Of a stretch of DNA of 64,000 nucleotides, positions 10,135 to 20,835 are shown piece after piece (the stretch's first letter is position 1; each line of letters starts with the position of its first letter). The position numbers and the translations under genes are program-made. The stretch spans positions 2,490 to 66,489 of the forward strand of contig JABMNZ010000017.1 in NCBI GenBank assembly GCA_013204395.1. Direction: 5' to 3'. The notes below the pieces were generated by a model that ran no database searches, was not told where the DNA came from, and saw only the letters and a list, made by a program, of their open reading frames with translations. Source of the DNA: Parcubacteria group bacterium (GTDB taxonomy: Bacteria; Patescibacteriota; Patescibacteriia; UBA9934; GWF2-40-263).

Positions 10135-11088
10135 ATGCATTTAGCAATTTTAGTCTTTGAACAAGAGGACAATAATCTGCTACCAGGCACAAAGATGCTG
10201 GTTAAGCGGGCAAGGGCAAATAAACACACGGTGAGTGTTTTAAAGGAGCGAGAGGTCTATATTGTGTTTAATGACAATAAACATTCGCTTCATAAAAACG
10301 GAAAACCCATTAAGCATTTTGATGCCGTGATCGTCAGGCCTTCGTTCAAGTCTGATCCTTCCATTCACGCTTCTTTGATTAGACAGTTTGAATTGGAGGG
10401 TCAACTTGTGATCAATACACATTCGGCTGTTCATCGAGCAAAGAACAAGGTTAGAACTCTTCAGCTTTTACATCACTACGATATCCCGATGCCACGGACG
10501 GTAATTATTTTTGATAGTGACGTGTTGGATAAAGTGATGGGAGAGTTTAAATATCCAGTGGTGGTAAAATCCGCTTATGGGGCGGGAGGTTCGGGGGTAT
10601 TCATTGCAGAGACCAAGAGATCTCTCAAGCCGGTTGTTGAACATCTGCTTCGAAAGAGAGAGGGGGTTCGTGAGCCGATCAAGATTCAGGAATACATTGC
10701 AGAATCAAAAGGAAAAGACTTACGACTTTTTGTCGTCGGTAAACGAGTGGTTGCTACCATGCAACGTTCTGCACAAAAAGGAGATTTTCGATCAAACTTT
10801 CATAAGGGAGGATCGGTTAAGGGAGTCGAACCAACTGAGGAAGAACGAGAGATGGCTGTACGGGCGAGTTTGAACTTAGGGCTAGACGTTTCCGGAGTAG
10901 ACATTTTGCGAACAAAAAAAGGACCCGTCATAATTGAAATCAATTCGCAGCCGGGTCTAGAAGGAATTACACAGGCAACTGGTGTTGATGTTGCCGGTGA
11001 GATTGTAGAGTATGTGGAACGACGTGTTCGTCGACGGAAGAAAAAACTAAGAGAGGTTAAAGAAAGAAAGAAGGCTACTGAAGGTTAA
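10135..11088 (+). CDS. rimK: RimK-family alpha-L-glutamate ligase (ATP-grasp)
   Basis: QEYI..GKDLRLFVVG, DFRSNFHKGG, GVDIL and EINSQPG motifs. Confidence 0.88.
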   Translation: MHLAILVFEQEDNNLLPGTKMLVKRARANKHTVSVLKEREVYIVFNDNKHSLHKNGKPIKHFDAVIVRPSFKSDPSIHASLIRQFELEGQLVINTHSAVHRAKNKVRTLQLLHHYDIPMPRTVIIFDSDVLDKVMGEFKYPVVVKSAYGAGGSGVFIAETKRSLKPVVEHLLRKREGVREPIKIQEYIAESKGKDLRLFVVGKRVVATMQRSAQKGDFRSNFHKGGSVKGVEPTEEEREMAVRASLNLGLDVSGVDILRTKKGPVIIEINSQPGLEGITQATGVDVAGEIVEYVERRVRRRKKKLREVKERKKATEG

Positions 11089-11585
11089 TGCGACTTCCTA
11101 CCAGAAAATCACAGAGTTTAAAGATCCCTCATGACGAGGGTCCTTTATATTTAACTCAGGGAGGCATTGAAAAATTGGAACGGAGACTTAAAAAGATTGA
11201 ATCATTAGAATTGCCAGAGGCTATTGAAGATGTGCGTAGGACTGGGGAATTCGGAGATTTTTCAGAAAATGCTGAGTATCAGGAAGCAAAGTGGCGCATG
11301 AGACGACTCCACAATTCAGTTTTGACCATTAAAGATAAACTAAAGCGTGCGGTATTAATTGAGACCGATAAGGGGGTGGGGGGTGTTCAAATTGGCTCAA
11401 CTGTGGTACTTCAGACAACACAGGGAGATCGTAAGACATTCGAAATAGTGGGTCCAAGTGAAACTGACCCAACCCGCGGACGTCTTTCGTACAGATCACC
11501 ACTTGGCGCAAGCTTGATGGGTCGCGAAGTTGGAGAGTCTGTTGAGGCCGCGTTAATTCACTATACTATCGTAGATATCACCTAG
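11088..11585 (+). CDS. greA: GreA/GreB transcription elongation factor
   Basis: GDFSENAEY motif and SPLGASL. Confidence 0.88.
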   Translation: MRLPTRKSQSLKIPHDEGPLYLTQGGIEKLERRLKKIESLELPEAIEDVRRTGEFGDFSENAEYQEAKWRMRRLHNSVLTIKDKLKRAVLIETDKGVGGVQIGSTVVLQTTQGDRKTFEIVGPSETDPTRGRLSYRSPLGASLMGREVGESVEAALIHYTIVDIT

Positions 11586-11605
11586 CCGTGATACGATACA
11601 ACTAC

Positions 11606-12901
11606 ATGTCAAGACAAGAATTAGAAGATAAACAGTTTTATGGGCTCGGTATCGCGCCCACGTTACTAGAGCGTCTTGATTCGCTCGGTTTCGTTCACCC
11701 AACACCAATTCAGTACAAGGCCATTCCAATTGCGATGACAGGAGATGATGTTATTGGAATCGCACAAACGGGAACGGGTAAGACTCTTGCTTTTTCCATC
11801 CCACTTCTGCAACAGATTTCTGCAAAAGGAAAAACGGGATTAGTTTTAACGCCAACCCGCGAACTGGCAATTCAAGTAGAGGAAACACTCCGTAAACTTG
11901 CTTCTCCACTTGGACTTCGTACAGCTATCATTATTGGAGGTACTCCACAGCACAAGCAAGTGAAACAGCTAAAGGCACGACCACATGTAATTGTGGCAAC
12001 ACCTGGTCGTCTTATTGATCTCATGAATCAAAAGCATGTTCGACTAGAAAAAGTCGGCGTGCTCGTTTTAGATGAGGCTGATCGCATGCTGGATATGGGG
12101 TTTGCTCCACAGTTGAAAAAGGTCATGGCCATTGTCCCTGCAGATCGGCAGACACTTCTATTTTCAGCAACCATGCCTGAGGAGATTGCAAAGATTGCTC
12201 GCGAATTCATGAAGAAGCCTCTTCGTGTAGAGGTGGCTCCATCTGGAACGGCAGCAGAAAAGGTTGAGCAAGAAGTATATATCGTTCCTCGATCAGAGAA
12301 GATTGATCTACTAGAGAAAATATTGGAGGAGTATAAGGGAACCGTTTTGGTTTTTTCACGAACAAAGCATGGGGCAAAGAATTTGGCGGCAAAAGTTCGA
12401 CAAATGGGACACAGCTCCGCTGAGATTCACGGTAATCGTTCCCAGAACCAACGGCAGATTGCCCTTTCGGGATTCTCGTCAGGAAAATTCCGTGTCCTTA
12501 TTGCTACGGATATCGCGGCTCGTGGAATCGATGTAAAAAATATTGAACTTGTTGTGAACTTTGACCTTCCTGATCAGTTGGAAGATTATGTTCATCGTAT
12601 TGGCCGTACAGGACGAGCAGGATCTACTGGTAAAGCTATCTCGTTTGCCTCACCAGAACAGAAAAAGGATGTTCGTGCCATTGAAAGATTGATTAAAAAG
12701 CAGCTCCCAGTTCTTACAACTGAAGGAGAACCAGTAAAACGAGAGGCTGATACGGGAAAAGAGGAACGATACGGAAGCCCACGAAAACGAGGTGGATCAG
12801 GAGGAAATAGAGGGGGTCGAGGTGGACGAACTGGTGGTGGCTACTCGAAATCTGGATCAAGCGGAGGAGGTCAGCGTAAACGACCAGGAGGACGACGATA
12901 A
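11606..12901 (+). CDS. DEAD-box RNA helicase (RhlE-like)
   Basis: AQTGTGKT, PTRELA, DEAD, SAT and HRIGRTGR motifs; RG-rich tail. Confidence 0.96.
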   Translation: MSRQELEDKQFYGLGIAPTLLERLDSLGFVHPTPIQYKAIPIAMTGDDVIGIAQTGTGKTLAFSIPLLQQISAKGKTGLVLTPTRELAIQVEETLRKLASPLGLRTAIIIGGTPQHKQVKQLKARPHVIVATPGRLIDLMNQKHVRLEKVGVLVLDEADRMLDMGFAPQLKKVMAIVPADRQTLLFSATMPEEIAKIAREFMKKPLRVEVAPSGTAAEKVEQEVYIVPRSEKIDLLEKILEEYKGTVLVFSRTKHGAKNLAAKVRQMGHSSAEIHGNRSQNQRQIALSGFSSGKFRVLIATDIAARGIDVKNIELVVNFDLPDQLEDYVHRIGRTGRAGSTGKAISFASPEQKKDVRAIERLIKKQLPVLTTEGEPVKREADTGKEERYGSPRKRGGSGGNRGGRGGRTGGGYSKSGSSGGGQRKRPGGRR

Positions 12902-12905
12902 CCGT

Positions 12906-13655
12906 ATGCTTACAAAGGCTCAGGAAAAGTTGATTAAATCTTTGCATAGAAAAAAAGGCCGTGTTGAAAACGGTCTTTGTTTAGTAGAGGGTTTAAAAGT
13001 TATCGGTGTTGCTGCTAGTGCTGTTGAGTATGTATTTACCAAAGATGACTCTCTGATCTTCGATAAGCTTGTCACAACAGATACCCCGCAGGATGCAGCA
13101 GCCGTTGCCCAGATTCCACGATTCACGCCGGAAGAGGTGTTATCGAGTGAAACCATACTTTTACTTGATGGCCTTCAGGACCCTGGCAATGTTGGTGGAA
13201 TTTTTCGCCTGTGTCAGGGGTTCGGTGCGTCGCTTATACTCATAGAATCAGCAGACCCGACGAGTTCAAAAGTTATTCGGGCGTCTGTGGGTTCGATGTT
13301 CTCTGTGCCGTGGGTTACGGTTTCTCGTTCAAAAGTGAGTGGCCTTATTGAGCGTGCTTCTCATGAGGTGCTGCGACTAGAGTCTCCATTGGTGGCGGCC
13401 GGTTCGTACTTTCAAAATGAAGGAGAAGTGGCTGAAGAGTCTGATTCATTTAAAAATAGGGATGTGGGGGGCGTTGAATTGTTCGCAACAAAAAAGCCAG
13501 CCATGTTAATTGTTGGTTCTGAAGGACGGGGGATACAGCTCCCACTGAAGGCTCCATCTATATCGATCGTTCACGACAAAGCTCTGGAATCTTTGAATGT
13601 TGGTCACGCTGTGGCCATAGCCCTGCACGAGAGATACAAAGTAATGAATGGTTAA
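12906..13655 (+). CDS. TrmH/SpoU-family RNA methyltransferase
   Basis: LDGLQDPGNVG, VGSEGRG and ESLNVG motifs. ATG 12906 preferred over the longer ORF start. Confidence 0.9.
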   Translation: MLTKAQEKLIKSLHRKKGRVENGLCLVEGLKVIGVAASAVEYVFTKDDSLIFDKLVTTDTPQDAAAVAQIPRFTPEEVLSSETILLLDGLQDPGNVGGIFRLCQGFGASLILIESADPTSSKVIRASVGSMFSVPWVTVSRSKVSGLIERASHEVLRLESPLVAAGSYFQNEGEVAEESDSFKNRDVGGVELFATKKPAMLIVGSEGRGIQLPLKAPSISIVHDKALESLNVGHAVAIALHERYKVMNG

Positions 13656-13993
13656 AGCGGCAGGTGCTGATCCATTTGAGATTCTAGCTTTCCGTACACA
13701 TTTTTATTCTGATACGCAGTCCAAGCGGCACCCTCAAGGGGGCCGTTTTTTGGTCGGTCGTCTACATTGAGTGCAATTACACGCTTGTCACTGATATTGA
13801 ATTGCTGTCTAAGAGAATCTTCAACTTCTGGATGCACGGTCACAATCACATCTGCCAGATCAATTTTATCTTGAACCTCTTTTTGATCTTGAAGCACACC
13901 TCCTGTTTGGATGCTGTAACCTTTGTTTTCTAGGTACTTTTGTAGATGAACACTACGGTTCATGCCAAAATGGCAGAGAATTAATACATGCAT
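13652..13993 (-). CDS. Low-molecular-weight phosphatase-like protein
   Basis: N-terminal LILCHFGMNRS (Cx5R) P-loop. Confidence 0.7.
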   Translation of the reverse strand: MHVLILCHFGMNRSVHLQKYLENKGYSIQTGGVLQDQKEVQDKIDLADVIVTVHPEVEDSLRQQFNISDKRVIALNVDDRPKNGPLEGAAWTAYQNKNVYGKLESQMDQHLPL

Positions 13994-14085
13994 ATGGGTA
14001 AGTATATCAGAGCTTGACTTGGTAGGCTCATTAACCTAACCTCCGGACGTCGTTGAGCAATTCGATGCGACTGTGGAGGTGTACG

Positions 14086-15570
14086 ATGGCCGACTTTCGG
14101 CAACTTGTGACGGGTGAATCTGTGCACGATTGGATCGCCCGACGCGTCGGGGAGATTCTCTCGGGTGCGGGAACAGCATTTGAGTGCGTGGCCGCGGTGG
14201 GCATGGACCCTGAGTTGACCAGTGTCTACTTCGAGGTGAGTGAAACACGCCCCAAGGGTGATGTTCAGCTTCTCTCGGGTGGAGCAGGTCTCTCGGTCAG
14301 CTTGGGCAAAGATCCCAGCAAGCTCTTTCCCGAGGACATCATCAGCCTGTTTGGTGGCGTGACCCTCAAGGATCAGGCGCTGGACTGCAAGCAAGTGGTC
14401 TTTCGGCTGCCGCTGCAGCACATCGATCCGCAGTTCGCCGCCATGGGGGTGCAAGGGGCACTTCTTCGTGGGGATGAACTGCAGACCAAGGTCACGAACC
14501 TCGGAATCGAAAGGGTCATCTTCTTCGCAGAAGAGGATCAGTTCCCGGCGATCGAGAAGGGGTTGGAACTCGCGCGCGCAGCCAACGTCAGTCGCTGGCT
14601 GAGCGCCATGCCCCCGAACCTTCTCAACGTGACGGCTTTTGCAACCTTGGTTGCCAGCCGCTTCGCAGAGATGGGTTTGGAGGTCTTTGCACCCAGCGCG
14701 GACGAGTACACCAAGATGGGTCTGCTCAAGGGTGTGGCTGCCGGCAACGGTGGGCACTTCCGCGTGCTGGCCGTGCGTATTGATCCGCTCAGCGAACCGA
14801 CCGAGAAGGTGATCGCCTACGTGGGCAAGACGCTGGTATTCGATGCCGGCGGCTTGAACATCAAGGGGGCACACGCACGTGGCATGAAGGGTGACATGGG
14901 TGGAGGTGCCAGCATCTTCGGCTCGGCCAGCTACCTGGCACAACACCGTGAGCTCCTCACGCGTTCGGTGGTTTTTGTCTGGACTATCACCGAGAACGTG
15001 ATTGGGCCCGACGCCTACCGACCTGACGACGTCCTCACCGCCTTCAACGGGGTGACGGTCGAGATCGACAACACGGATGCAGAAGGACGCTTGGCTCTGG
15101 CTGACGCCATGGCCTGGATCTGCACGAAGGTGGAGGTGACGCAGTTGGTGCCGGTGTGTACCCTCACAGGAGCGGCAGTGGTCGCCTTCGGGTCCGCGGC
15201 GTCTGCCCTGCACTTGAAGGACAGCCGTCGCCGTCTGGATGAAGTCGGCCGCTTGGAACGTCTCTCCTTTGACTCTGGTGACTCGGTGAACATCATCCAT
15301 CATCACCCGCACGCTGCGGCAATCCTTGCGTCGCACATCGCCGACATCAAGAACGCTGGTGGAGGCAACAAGAACGGTGGCTCCTCACAGGGCTTCGCCT
15401 TCCTCCTGAACTTCGCACCCAACGGTGTGGACGTCATGGAGCTGGACATTGCCGGCAAGGCGGGTCTCGACTTCGCGGGAGGAAACGGCCTGCAGGCTGG
15501 AACGAGTCTTCCGGCTGCCGTCTGGTTCGTCATCGCGATCGAGGGCACTTACGAGGTACCCGTCCAGTAG
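14086..15570 (+). CDS. Divergent M17 leucyl aminopeptidase family protein, GC-rich
   Basis: GKTLVFDAGG, MKGDMGG, NTDAEGRL and LDIAG motifs. GGAGGT SD. TTGACT-17-TAACCT promoter at 14014-14042. Confidence 0.88.
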   Translation: MADFRQLVTGESVHDWIARRVGEILSGAGTAFECVAAVGMDPELTSVYFEVSETRPKGDVQLLSGGAGLSVSLGKDPSKLFPEDIISLFGGVTLKDQALDCKQVVFRLPLQHIDPQFAAMGVQGALLRGDELQTKVTNLGIERVIFFAEEDQFPAIEKGLELARAANVSRWLSAMPPNLLNVTAFATLVASRFAEMGLEVFAPSADEYTKMGLLKGVAAGNGGHFRVLAVRIDPLSEPTEKVIAYVGKTLVFDAGGLNIKGAHARGMKGDMGGGASIFGSASYLAQHRELLTRSVVFVWTITENVIGPDAYRPDDVLTAFNGVTVEIDNTDAEGRLALADAMAWICTKVEVTQLVPVCTLTGAAVVAFGSAASALHLKDSRRRLDEVGRLERLSFDSGDSVNIIHHHPHAAAILASHIADIKNAGGGNKNGGSSQGFAFLLNFAPNGVDVMELDIAGKAGLDFAGGNGLQAGTSLPAAVWFVIAIEGTYEVPVQ

Positions 15571-15696
15571 ACACGAGCCCATTCGGGCATCCCACTTTGC
15601 ATCCGTGCAAGTGGGTTTTTAATTTGTCTTCAGCTGAGTCATCTAATCAATGAAGTCTTTTCGATTGCGAGATTCTCACGTATAGTGCTTTTATCT

Positions 15697-16452
15697 ATGA
15701 CATTCATTTACATACTCGTAACCACGTTAGTGATATCCCTCCTATCTCTTGTTGGGATTCTAAGCTTGGTGATTTTTAAAAAACACTTTCATGAGGGCCT
15801 GTTAACACTGGTAGCTCTTTCAGCGGGAGCCATGCTTGGAAACGCTTTTTTTCATCTTCTACCCGAGGCGTTGGAACTAACAGAGTCAGGGCCTGTTGAT
15901 GTGTTCGGGGTGATGTTGCTTGTGGTGGGATCGTTTGTTGTTTCATTTTTGTTCGAGCAATTTTTTTCATGGCACCATTGTCATAACTCTGAGACCTGTG
16001 AGGTAGCAGAAAAGCCCTACGCACATCTTGTTCTCTACTCAGATGGCTTGCATAACTTTATTGATGGACTTGTTATCGCCGCTGCTTACATGGTCACCCC
16101 CGCTCTGGGGCTTAGCACAGCTATTGCCATTGCCTTACATGAGGTCCCTCAGGAGCTTGGGGATTACGCCGTTTTAGTTCACGGTGGGTTTTCCAAAGCA
16201 AGGGCAGCTCTTCTTAACTGGGTTACATCGTTGACGGTTGTTGCCGGTGGTATTGTTGGCTACTTTCTTGTGGGTCAAGTGGATTGGGCTGTACCCGTAC
16301 TTCTTCCAATCGCCGCTGGTGGATTTTTGTATATTGCCGCAGCAGACTTACTTCCAGAGCTGAAGCACAGTGAGAATCCAACGAAGATTCCTCTCCACAT
16401 CCTGGTCTTTCTTACAGGACTTGCGATCATGATAGTCTCAGCCTTAATTTAG
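15697..16452 (+). CDS. ZIP-family metal transporter
   Basis: HLLPEA, DGLHNFIDG and HEVPQELGD motifs; multiple TM helices. Confidence 0.92.
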   Translation: MTFIYILVTTLVISLLSLVGILSLVIFKKHFHEGLLTLVALSAGAMLGNAFFHLLPEALELTESGPVDVFGVMLLVVGSFVVSFLFEQFFSWHHCHNSETCEVAEKPYAHLVLYSDGLHNFIDGLVIAAAYMVTPALGLSTAIAIALHEVPQELGDYAVLVHGGFSKARAALLNWVTSLTVVAGGIVGYFLVGQVDWAVPVLLPIAAGGFLYIAAADLLPELKHSENPTKIPLHILVFLTGLAIMIVSALI

Positions 16453-16500
16453 ATGAAAGAAAAAAACAACCGATAGGTTGTTTTTTGTTTGGGTAGATTA

Positions 16501-16947
16501 TTAGTACTGACGCTGAAGATCGAAAGTCCTTGTTCCGTTTTCGTCACGGAGGATGACGGCCCATGTTTCACCAGAGCCCGTATAGGTAGCAGTGTGAAGC
16601 GCCGCATTATCTGTTGGTAAGATTCCCCATCGTCGAGAGATAGTATAAGAACCTTTAGCCATTTCACCTTCAAAGAAGGTTTGTAAATCATCTATAGGGG
16701 TATCAGTATTCCCAAGCACACCTACAGCTAGATCGTTATCAATTATGACGCGAATGGTTGAGTCAGTTGGTAGAGAAATGTCGAGCAGTGCTTCTGCTTC
16801 AGATCGAGTGTGACCACTGGCTTCCATTGTGGTTTCGCCGGTTTTATTTGTGTTTTGTTTAGTGGCCCCATTATCGTTTGCTCCTTTCAAAACAAAGAAG
16901 AATCCTATGATGACTATGACACCGATGATAATAAGTACTTTTTTCAT
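16501..16947 (-). CDS. Hypothetical membrane-anchored protein
   Basis: N-terminal hydrophobic anchor, 148 aa. Confidence 0.75.
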   Translation of the reverse strand: MKKVLIIIGVIVIIGFFFVLKGANDNGATKQNTNKTGETTMEASGHTRSEAEALLDISLPTDSTIRVIIDNDLAVGVLGNTDTPIDDLQTFFEGEMAKGSYTISRRWGILPTDNAALHTATYTGSGETWAVILRDENGTRTFDLQRQY

Positions 16948-16951
16948 AGGG

Positions 16952-17857
16952 CTAGAGGTTATCGTTAATTGATTGTACAGAGGCCGTTTGTGCTGCTACG
17001 TCAAAGTCATTGGCGGATTCAATGTGTGTACCATAGGTGTAGTTACCATAAAAAACATCTGAGATGTCATGGATCATTTGGTTCCAATCTTCTCCATAAA
17101 GATCGATAGCGATATCCTCACTTGTAACAGCACGTAGCAATGAATGCTGCTCAACCACGTAGACGGTGTTCATGGTTGGAAACTTCACCATGAGAGTGCC
17201 GGGGTGATAGGTCACGTTTGAGCCGAGTGGGAAGTCTGACATGACGTCAGTTGAAACGATGTGAAGGTCATCGTACCCTTCATACCAGGAGAAAAAGACT
17301 CGTTCGTTTGGAAAGGCATGTCGGTAACCCAAGTTGTCCAAGAAGTACACGGTGCGGCAGGTATGCGTGAAGTCCTCGCCTCCAGGACAGGCGGTCTTGA
17401 TCAGAACAGGGGACACAGCCGTCACTTCAGAGGCTGTCCAATCTGTTGCGTCTACTTCACTTGCTTCTGGGTCAGTAGATGAATCACCGTCAGTTGTTTC
17501 GATCGGAGCCTCGGCAACAGAGATAATTTTACTAGGACCAAGCAGTTCATTTCCAGCACCGTCTGTGCATTTGGCTCGGATGCTGTTTGCAGATCTAAAA
17601 GTTGTGAAGGTATACACCACTTCCCACACATCGGTATCGGCGTTATACGACATAGGAGTCTCGTAGGTACTTGAGATCACAAGAAGACAGGATGTCACTC
17701 CATCAACATCCGTTGCTGTAACAGAAAACGTACTAGGGACATCGTAAGTTGCAGAGAGTGGTGAGACGGCACTCATCTCTGGACCAACTTCGTCGGCAAG
17801 AACGGCGGACAGTGGAGTCAGGAGAATCGCTAAGGAAAGGAGGAGGAATGTTTTCAT
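16952..17857 (-). CDS. Secreted acidic protein with a CPR-type surface domain
   Basis: Signal peptide and a VYFLD..RHAFPNERVFFSWY / LMVKFPT..VYVV module. Confidence 0.7.
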   Translation of the reverse strand: MKTFLLLSLAILLTPLSAVLADEVGPEMSAVSPLSATYDVPSTFSVTATDVDGVTSCLLVISSTYETPMSYNADTDVWEVVYTFTTFRSANSIRAKCTDGAGNELLGPSKIISVAEAPIETTDGDSSTDPEASEVDATDWTASEVTAVSPVLIKTACPGGEDFTHTCRTVYFLDNLGYRHAFPNERVFFSWYEGYDDLHIVSTDVMSDFPLGSNVTYHPGTLMVKFPTMNTVYVVEQHSLLRAVTSEDIAIDLYGEDWNQMIHDISDVFYGNYTYGTHIESANDFDVAAQTASVQSINDNL

Positions 17858-17869
17858 AGGTAGGGAGGG

Positions 17870-18361
17870 TTAATTTAGGTAGGAATCAAATCGGATGGAG
17901 TGACAGGTGTATCCGTCCGGGTTTTTTTGTAAGTAATCTTGGTGATGGTCTTCTGCAGGGTAGAACATTGTGAGTGGCTCAAGGGTGGTTACCACAGGAC
18001 CGTCCCAACGCCCAGATGCGTTTACCAGATCAATAAATTGCTGGCCTTCAGCTTTCTCTCTATCATCTTGGTAAAAGATGGCTGATCTGTACGAGGTGCC
18101 ACGGTCATTTCCTTGTTTGTTAAGTGTGGTTGGGTCATGGGCTCGAAAGAAGAAATCAAGTAATTTTTTAAATGAGGTTGTATCAGTATCGTAAGTAATT
18201 TGTACGGCCTCAGCATGATCAGGGTGATTCTCGTAGGTTGGGTGGTCATTGGATCCACCTGTGTATCCAACCTGTGTCTCAATAACTCCAGGTTCATTTC
18301 GGATGAGCTCCTCGATTCCCCAAAAACATCCTCCGGCGAGTACCGTTTGTTTTAGCTTCAT
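17870..18361 (-). CDS. msrA: Peptide-methionine (S)-S-oxide reductase
   Basis: GGCFWG, GYTGG and [11 protein letters not shown] motifs. Confidence 0.96.
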   Translation of the reverse strand: MKLKQTVLAGGCFWGIEELIRNEPGVIETQVGYTGGSNDHPTYENHPDHAEAVQITYDTDTTSFKKLLDFFFRAHDPTTLNKQGNDRGTSYRSAIFYQDDREKAEGQQFIDLVNASGRWDGPVVTTLEPLTMFYPAEDHHQDYLQKNPDGYTCHSIRFDSYLN

Positions 18362-18483
18362 AGTATCTATATGATTTGCAGGTGGACGACTATGTCACAT
18401 AGTATCAAAAATATCGCTATTTGCCTTGTAGCTGAAGGCTTTAGGCCTTTCAGAATTTAGTGTAGTATCTATAAAAAGCAATC

Positions 18484-19482
18484 ATGTTAAGAAAAGCCAA
18501 CAAAAGATCGCCTGAGGAACTGCGAAAACGGTTAGAGGCAGAGACGTTTACAAGAACGTCCATTTCTTTTTATCGCTATGTACGTATTAAAGATCCGGAG
18601 GCACTGAGAGACCAGCTTTATGATCTCTGGGATGATTTGGGAGTGTTGGGACGTATTTATGTGGCTCACGAAGGAATAAACGCTCAATTGAATGTCCCTG
18701 ATCATAACGTGAAGGTTTTCAGGATGGTCGTTGATCAACTGTTGGAATTCAATGGTGTTCCGTTTAAGATTGGTATTCATGAGGACGCACCGTCATTTAT
18801 AAAGTTAACGATAAAAGTACGGGAGTATATTTTGGCAGATGGACTTTTACCGGGGGAGTATGACGTGACTAATGTTGGAAAGCATTTGAGTGCCAGGGAA
18901 TTCAACGACGCTATTGACCAAGGGGCTGTTGTGGTTGATATGCGGAATAACTATGAGAGCGACATCGGTCGCTTTGACGGAGCCCTCTTGCCTGACGTCA
19001 CTACATTTGCAGAGGAATTGCCTGTTGTCAGTGAGATGCTAAGAGGTCAAGAGGATAAAAAGATTTTGTTGTACTGCACGGGAGGAATCAGATGTGAGAA
19101 GGCTAGTGCTTATTTGCGTGAGGGAGGATTCAAAGATGTGAATCAGCTTCATGGAGGAATTATAGATTATAAGCACCAGATAGATAGGGAGGGATTGGAA
19201 TCAAAGTTTAAAGGAAGAAATTTTGTGTTCGATGGGCGTAGCGCAGAGCCAATTACCGATGATGTGCTTGGTGTGTGTTACCAATGTAGTGCTCCTTCAA
19301 GCACTCATGCGAATTGCAAGAATACAACATGTAATATTTTATTTATTCAGTGCGATGCCTGTAAAGATACATTCAACAGGTCTTGTTCTGGCGAGTGTCG
19401 TGATATTTCCTTCTTGCCCATTGAAGAACAAGAGAAGCTGCGTAAAGGGGTGAAGGTGTTTGGAAGAATTGTGGCGAGGTAG
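18484..19482 (+). CDS. trhO: Rhodanese-domain tRNA uridine(34) hydroxylase (TrhO/YceA)
   Basis: GRIYVAHEGINAQ, DMRNNYE, YCTGGIRCEKA and NFVFD motifs; C-terminal Cys cluster. Confidence 0.9.
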   Translation: MLRKANKRSPEELRKRLEAETFTRTSISFYRYVRIKDPEALRDQLYDLWDDLGVLGRIYVAHEGINAQLNVPDHNVKVFRMVVDQLLEFNGVPFKIGIHEDAPSFIKLTIKVREYILADGLLPGEYDVTNVGKHLSAREFNDAIDQGAVVVDMRNNYESDIGRFDGALLPDVTTFAEELPVVSEMLRGQEDKKILLYCTGGIRCEKASAYLREGGFKDVNQLHGGIIDYKHQIDREGLESKFKGRNFVFDGRSAEPITDDVLGVCYQCSAPSSTHANCKNTTCNILFIQCDACKDTFNRSCSGECRDISFLPIEEQEKLRKGVKVFGRIVAR

Positions 19483-19524
19483 CCGTTGGTACTCTCGGGC
19501 ATATACGATGTATAATAATCGTAT

Positions 19525-20772
19525 ATGCTGGCACATCTTCGTCGTTTTTATACTATTCTTGGTCCGGGACTTTTATTCGCTGGAGCGGCGATTGGAGTCT
19601 CCCATCTTGTGCAGTCTACGAGGGCGGGGGCCGAGTTTGGGTTCGCTCTCATCCTGTTTGTCATTTTGGCAAACATTTTTAAATATCCATTTTTTGAATT
19701 CGGATCTAGGTATACAGCCGCGACGGGGAAGAGTTTGATTGAGGGTTATAAGTCCCTGGGTCGTTTCGCCCTACCTCTTTTCGGAATCTTTACTCTTGCG
19801 ACAATGTTTATCATTGCCGCTACAGTCACAATCGTTACTTCAGGTCTCGCCATCCAGGTGACAGGATTAGATCTCCCAATCATGTATTGGAACATGATTG
19901 TTGTGGCGCTCGTTACAGGGATTTTGATGATAGGGAAGTTTAAGTGGCTCGAGAGTTTTTTGAAAATTATCGTACTGTCATTGGCTGGGATCACGATGGT
20001 TGCTCTGGTGTTTGCTCTTGTAAATGGTATGCAGGGACAAGCAAACTTTGTTGGGCCAGCCGTTTTATCAACAGCTGGTGTGACGTTTTTAATTGCCCTC
20101 ATGGGTTGGATGCCAGCTCCAATCGAGATAAGTATTTGGCATAGTGTTTGGGCAACAGAGGAAAGGCATGGGGGACATAAGGTTTCCAAAAAAGATTCTA
20201 GCCTTGATTTTAATATTGGCTACATTGGAACAGCCATCTTTGCCCTAGTCTTTTTAGTGTTGGGAGCGTTTGTGTTGTATGGGACCGGGGAAGTGTTTGC
20301 TGATTCTGCCGCTGGTTTCGCCGGACAGTTGATCGACATGTATACCAATGCCTTGGGCGACTGGGCTTGGTGGGTTATCGCTATTACTGCACAGGTGACA
20401 ATGTTCTCAACCACACTCACGGTCTTTGACGCCTACCCACGAGTCATGAATAAATTAGTTCGAGTCAGTAGTGGGTCGACGAAGTATGAGGGGCGTGTGG
20501 GGTACATCATTTGGCTCCTATTTCTTGGGGTTGGCTCACTACTAATTCTAGCGACCTTGGTGAATAACATGAAAGCCCTCGTGACGTTTGCGACCGTTAT
20601 GAGCTTCCTCACGGGGCCATTATTTGCCTATCTCAACTATAGAGTTGTCACAAAAGGGGACATGCCAGAAAACATGCGCCCAGCTCCATGGCTGCGCGCA
20701 TTAAGTGTGCTTGGATTGGTCTTCCTTGTGAGCTTTAGTATTTTCTATATTGGCTGGGTGTTTTTCTTATAG
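19525..20772 (+). CDS. NRAMP-like divalent metal transporter
   Basis: GPGLLFAGAAIGVSHLVQSTRAGA and MGWMPAP motifs; many TM helices. Confidence 0.85.
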   Translation: MLAHLRRFYTILGPGLLFAGAAIGVSHLVQSTRAGAEFGFALILFVILANIFKYPFFEFGSRYTAATGKSLIEGYKSLGRFALPLFGIFTLATMFIIAATVTIVTSGLAIQVTGLDLPIMYWNMIVVALVTGILMIGKFKWLESFLKIIVLSLAGITMVALVFALVNGMQGQANFVGPAVLSTAGVTFLIALMGWMPAPIEISIWHSVWATEERHGGHKVSKKDSSLDFNIGYIGTAIFALVFLVLGAFVLYGTGEVFADSAAGFAGQLIDMYTNALGDWAWWVIAITAQVTMFSTTLTVFDAYPRVMNKLVRVSSGSTKYEGRVGYIIWLLFLGVGSLLILATLVNNMKALVTFATVMSFLTGPLFAYLNYRVVTKGDMPENMRPAPWLRALSVLGLVFLVSFSIFYIGWVFFL

Positions 20773-20835
20773 TTTGGGCTTACTAAAAGAAGTAATAAAA
20801 TAACCGATAAGCGGTTATTTTTGTTTGGGTAAAGT

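Noticed and set aside
12792-12905. Acidic N-terminal extension of the TrmH ORF
   Set aside because: Alternative-frame read of the helicase RG-rich tail. ATG 12906 gives a normal start.
13981-15336. 451-aa antisense ORF
   Set aside because: Shadow of the GC-rich M17 peptidase gene, with no motifs of its own.
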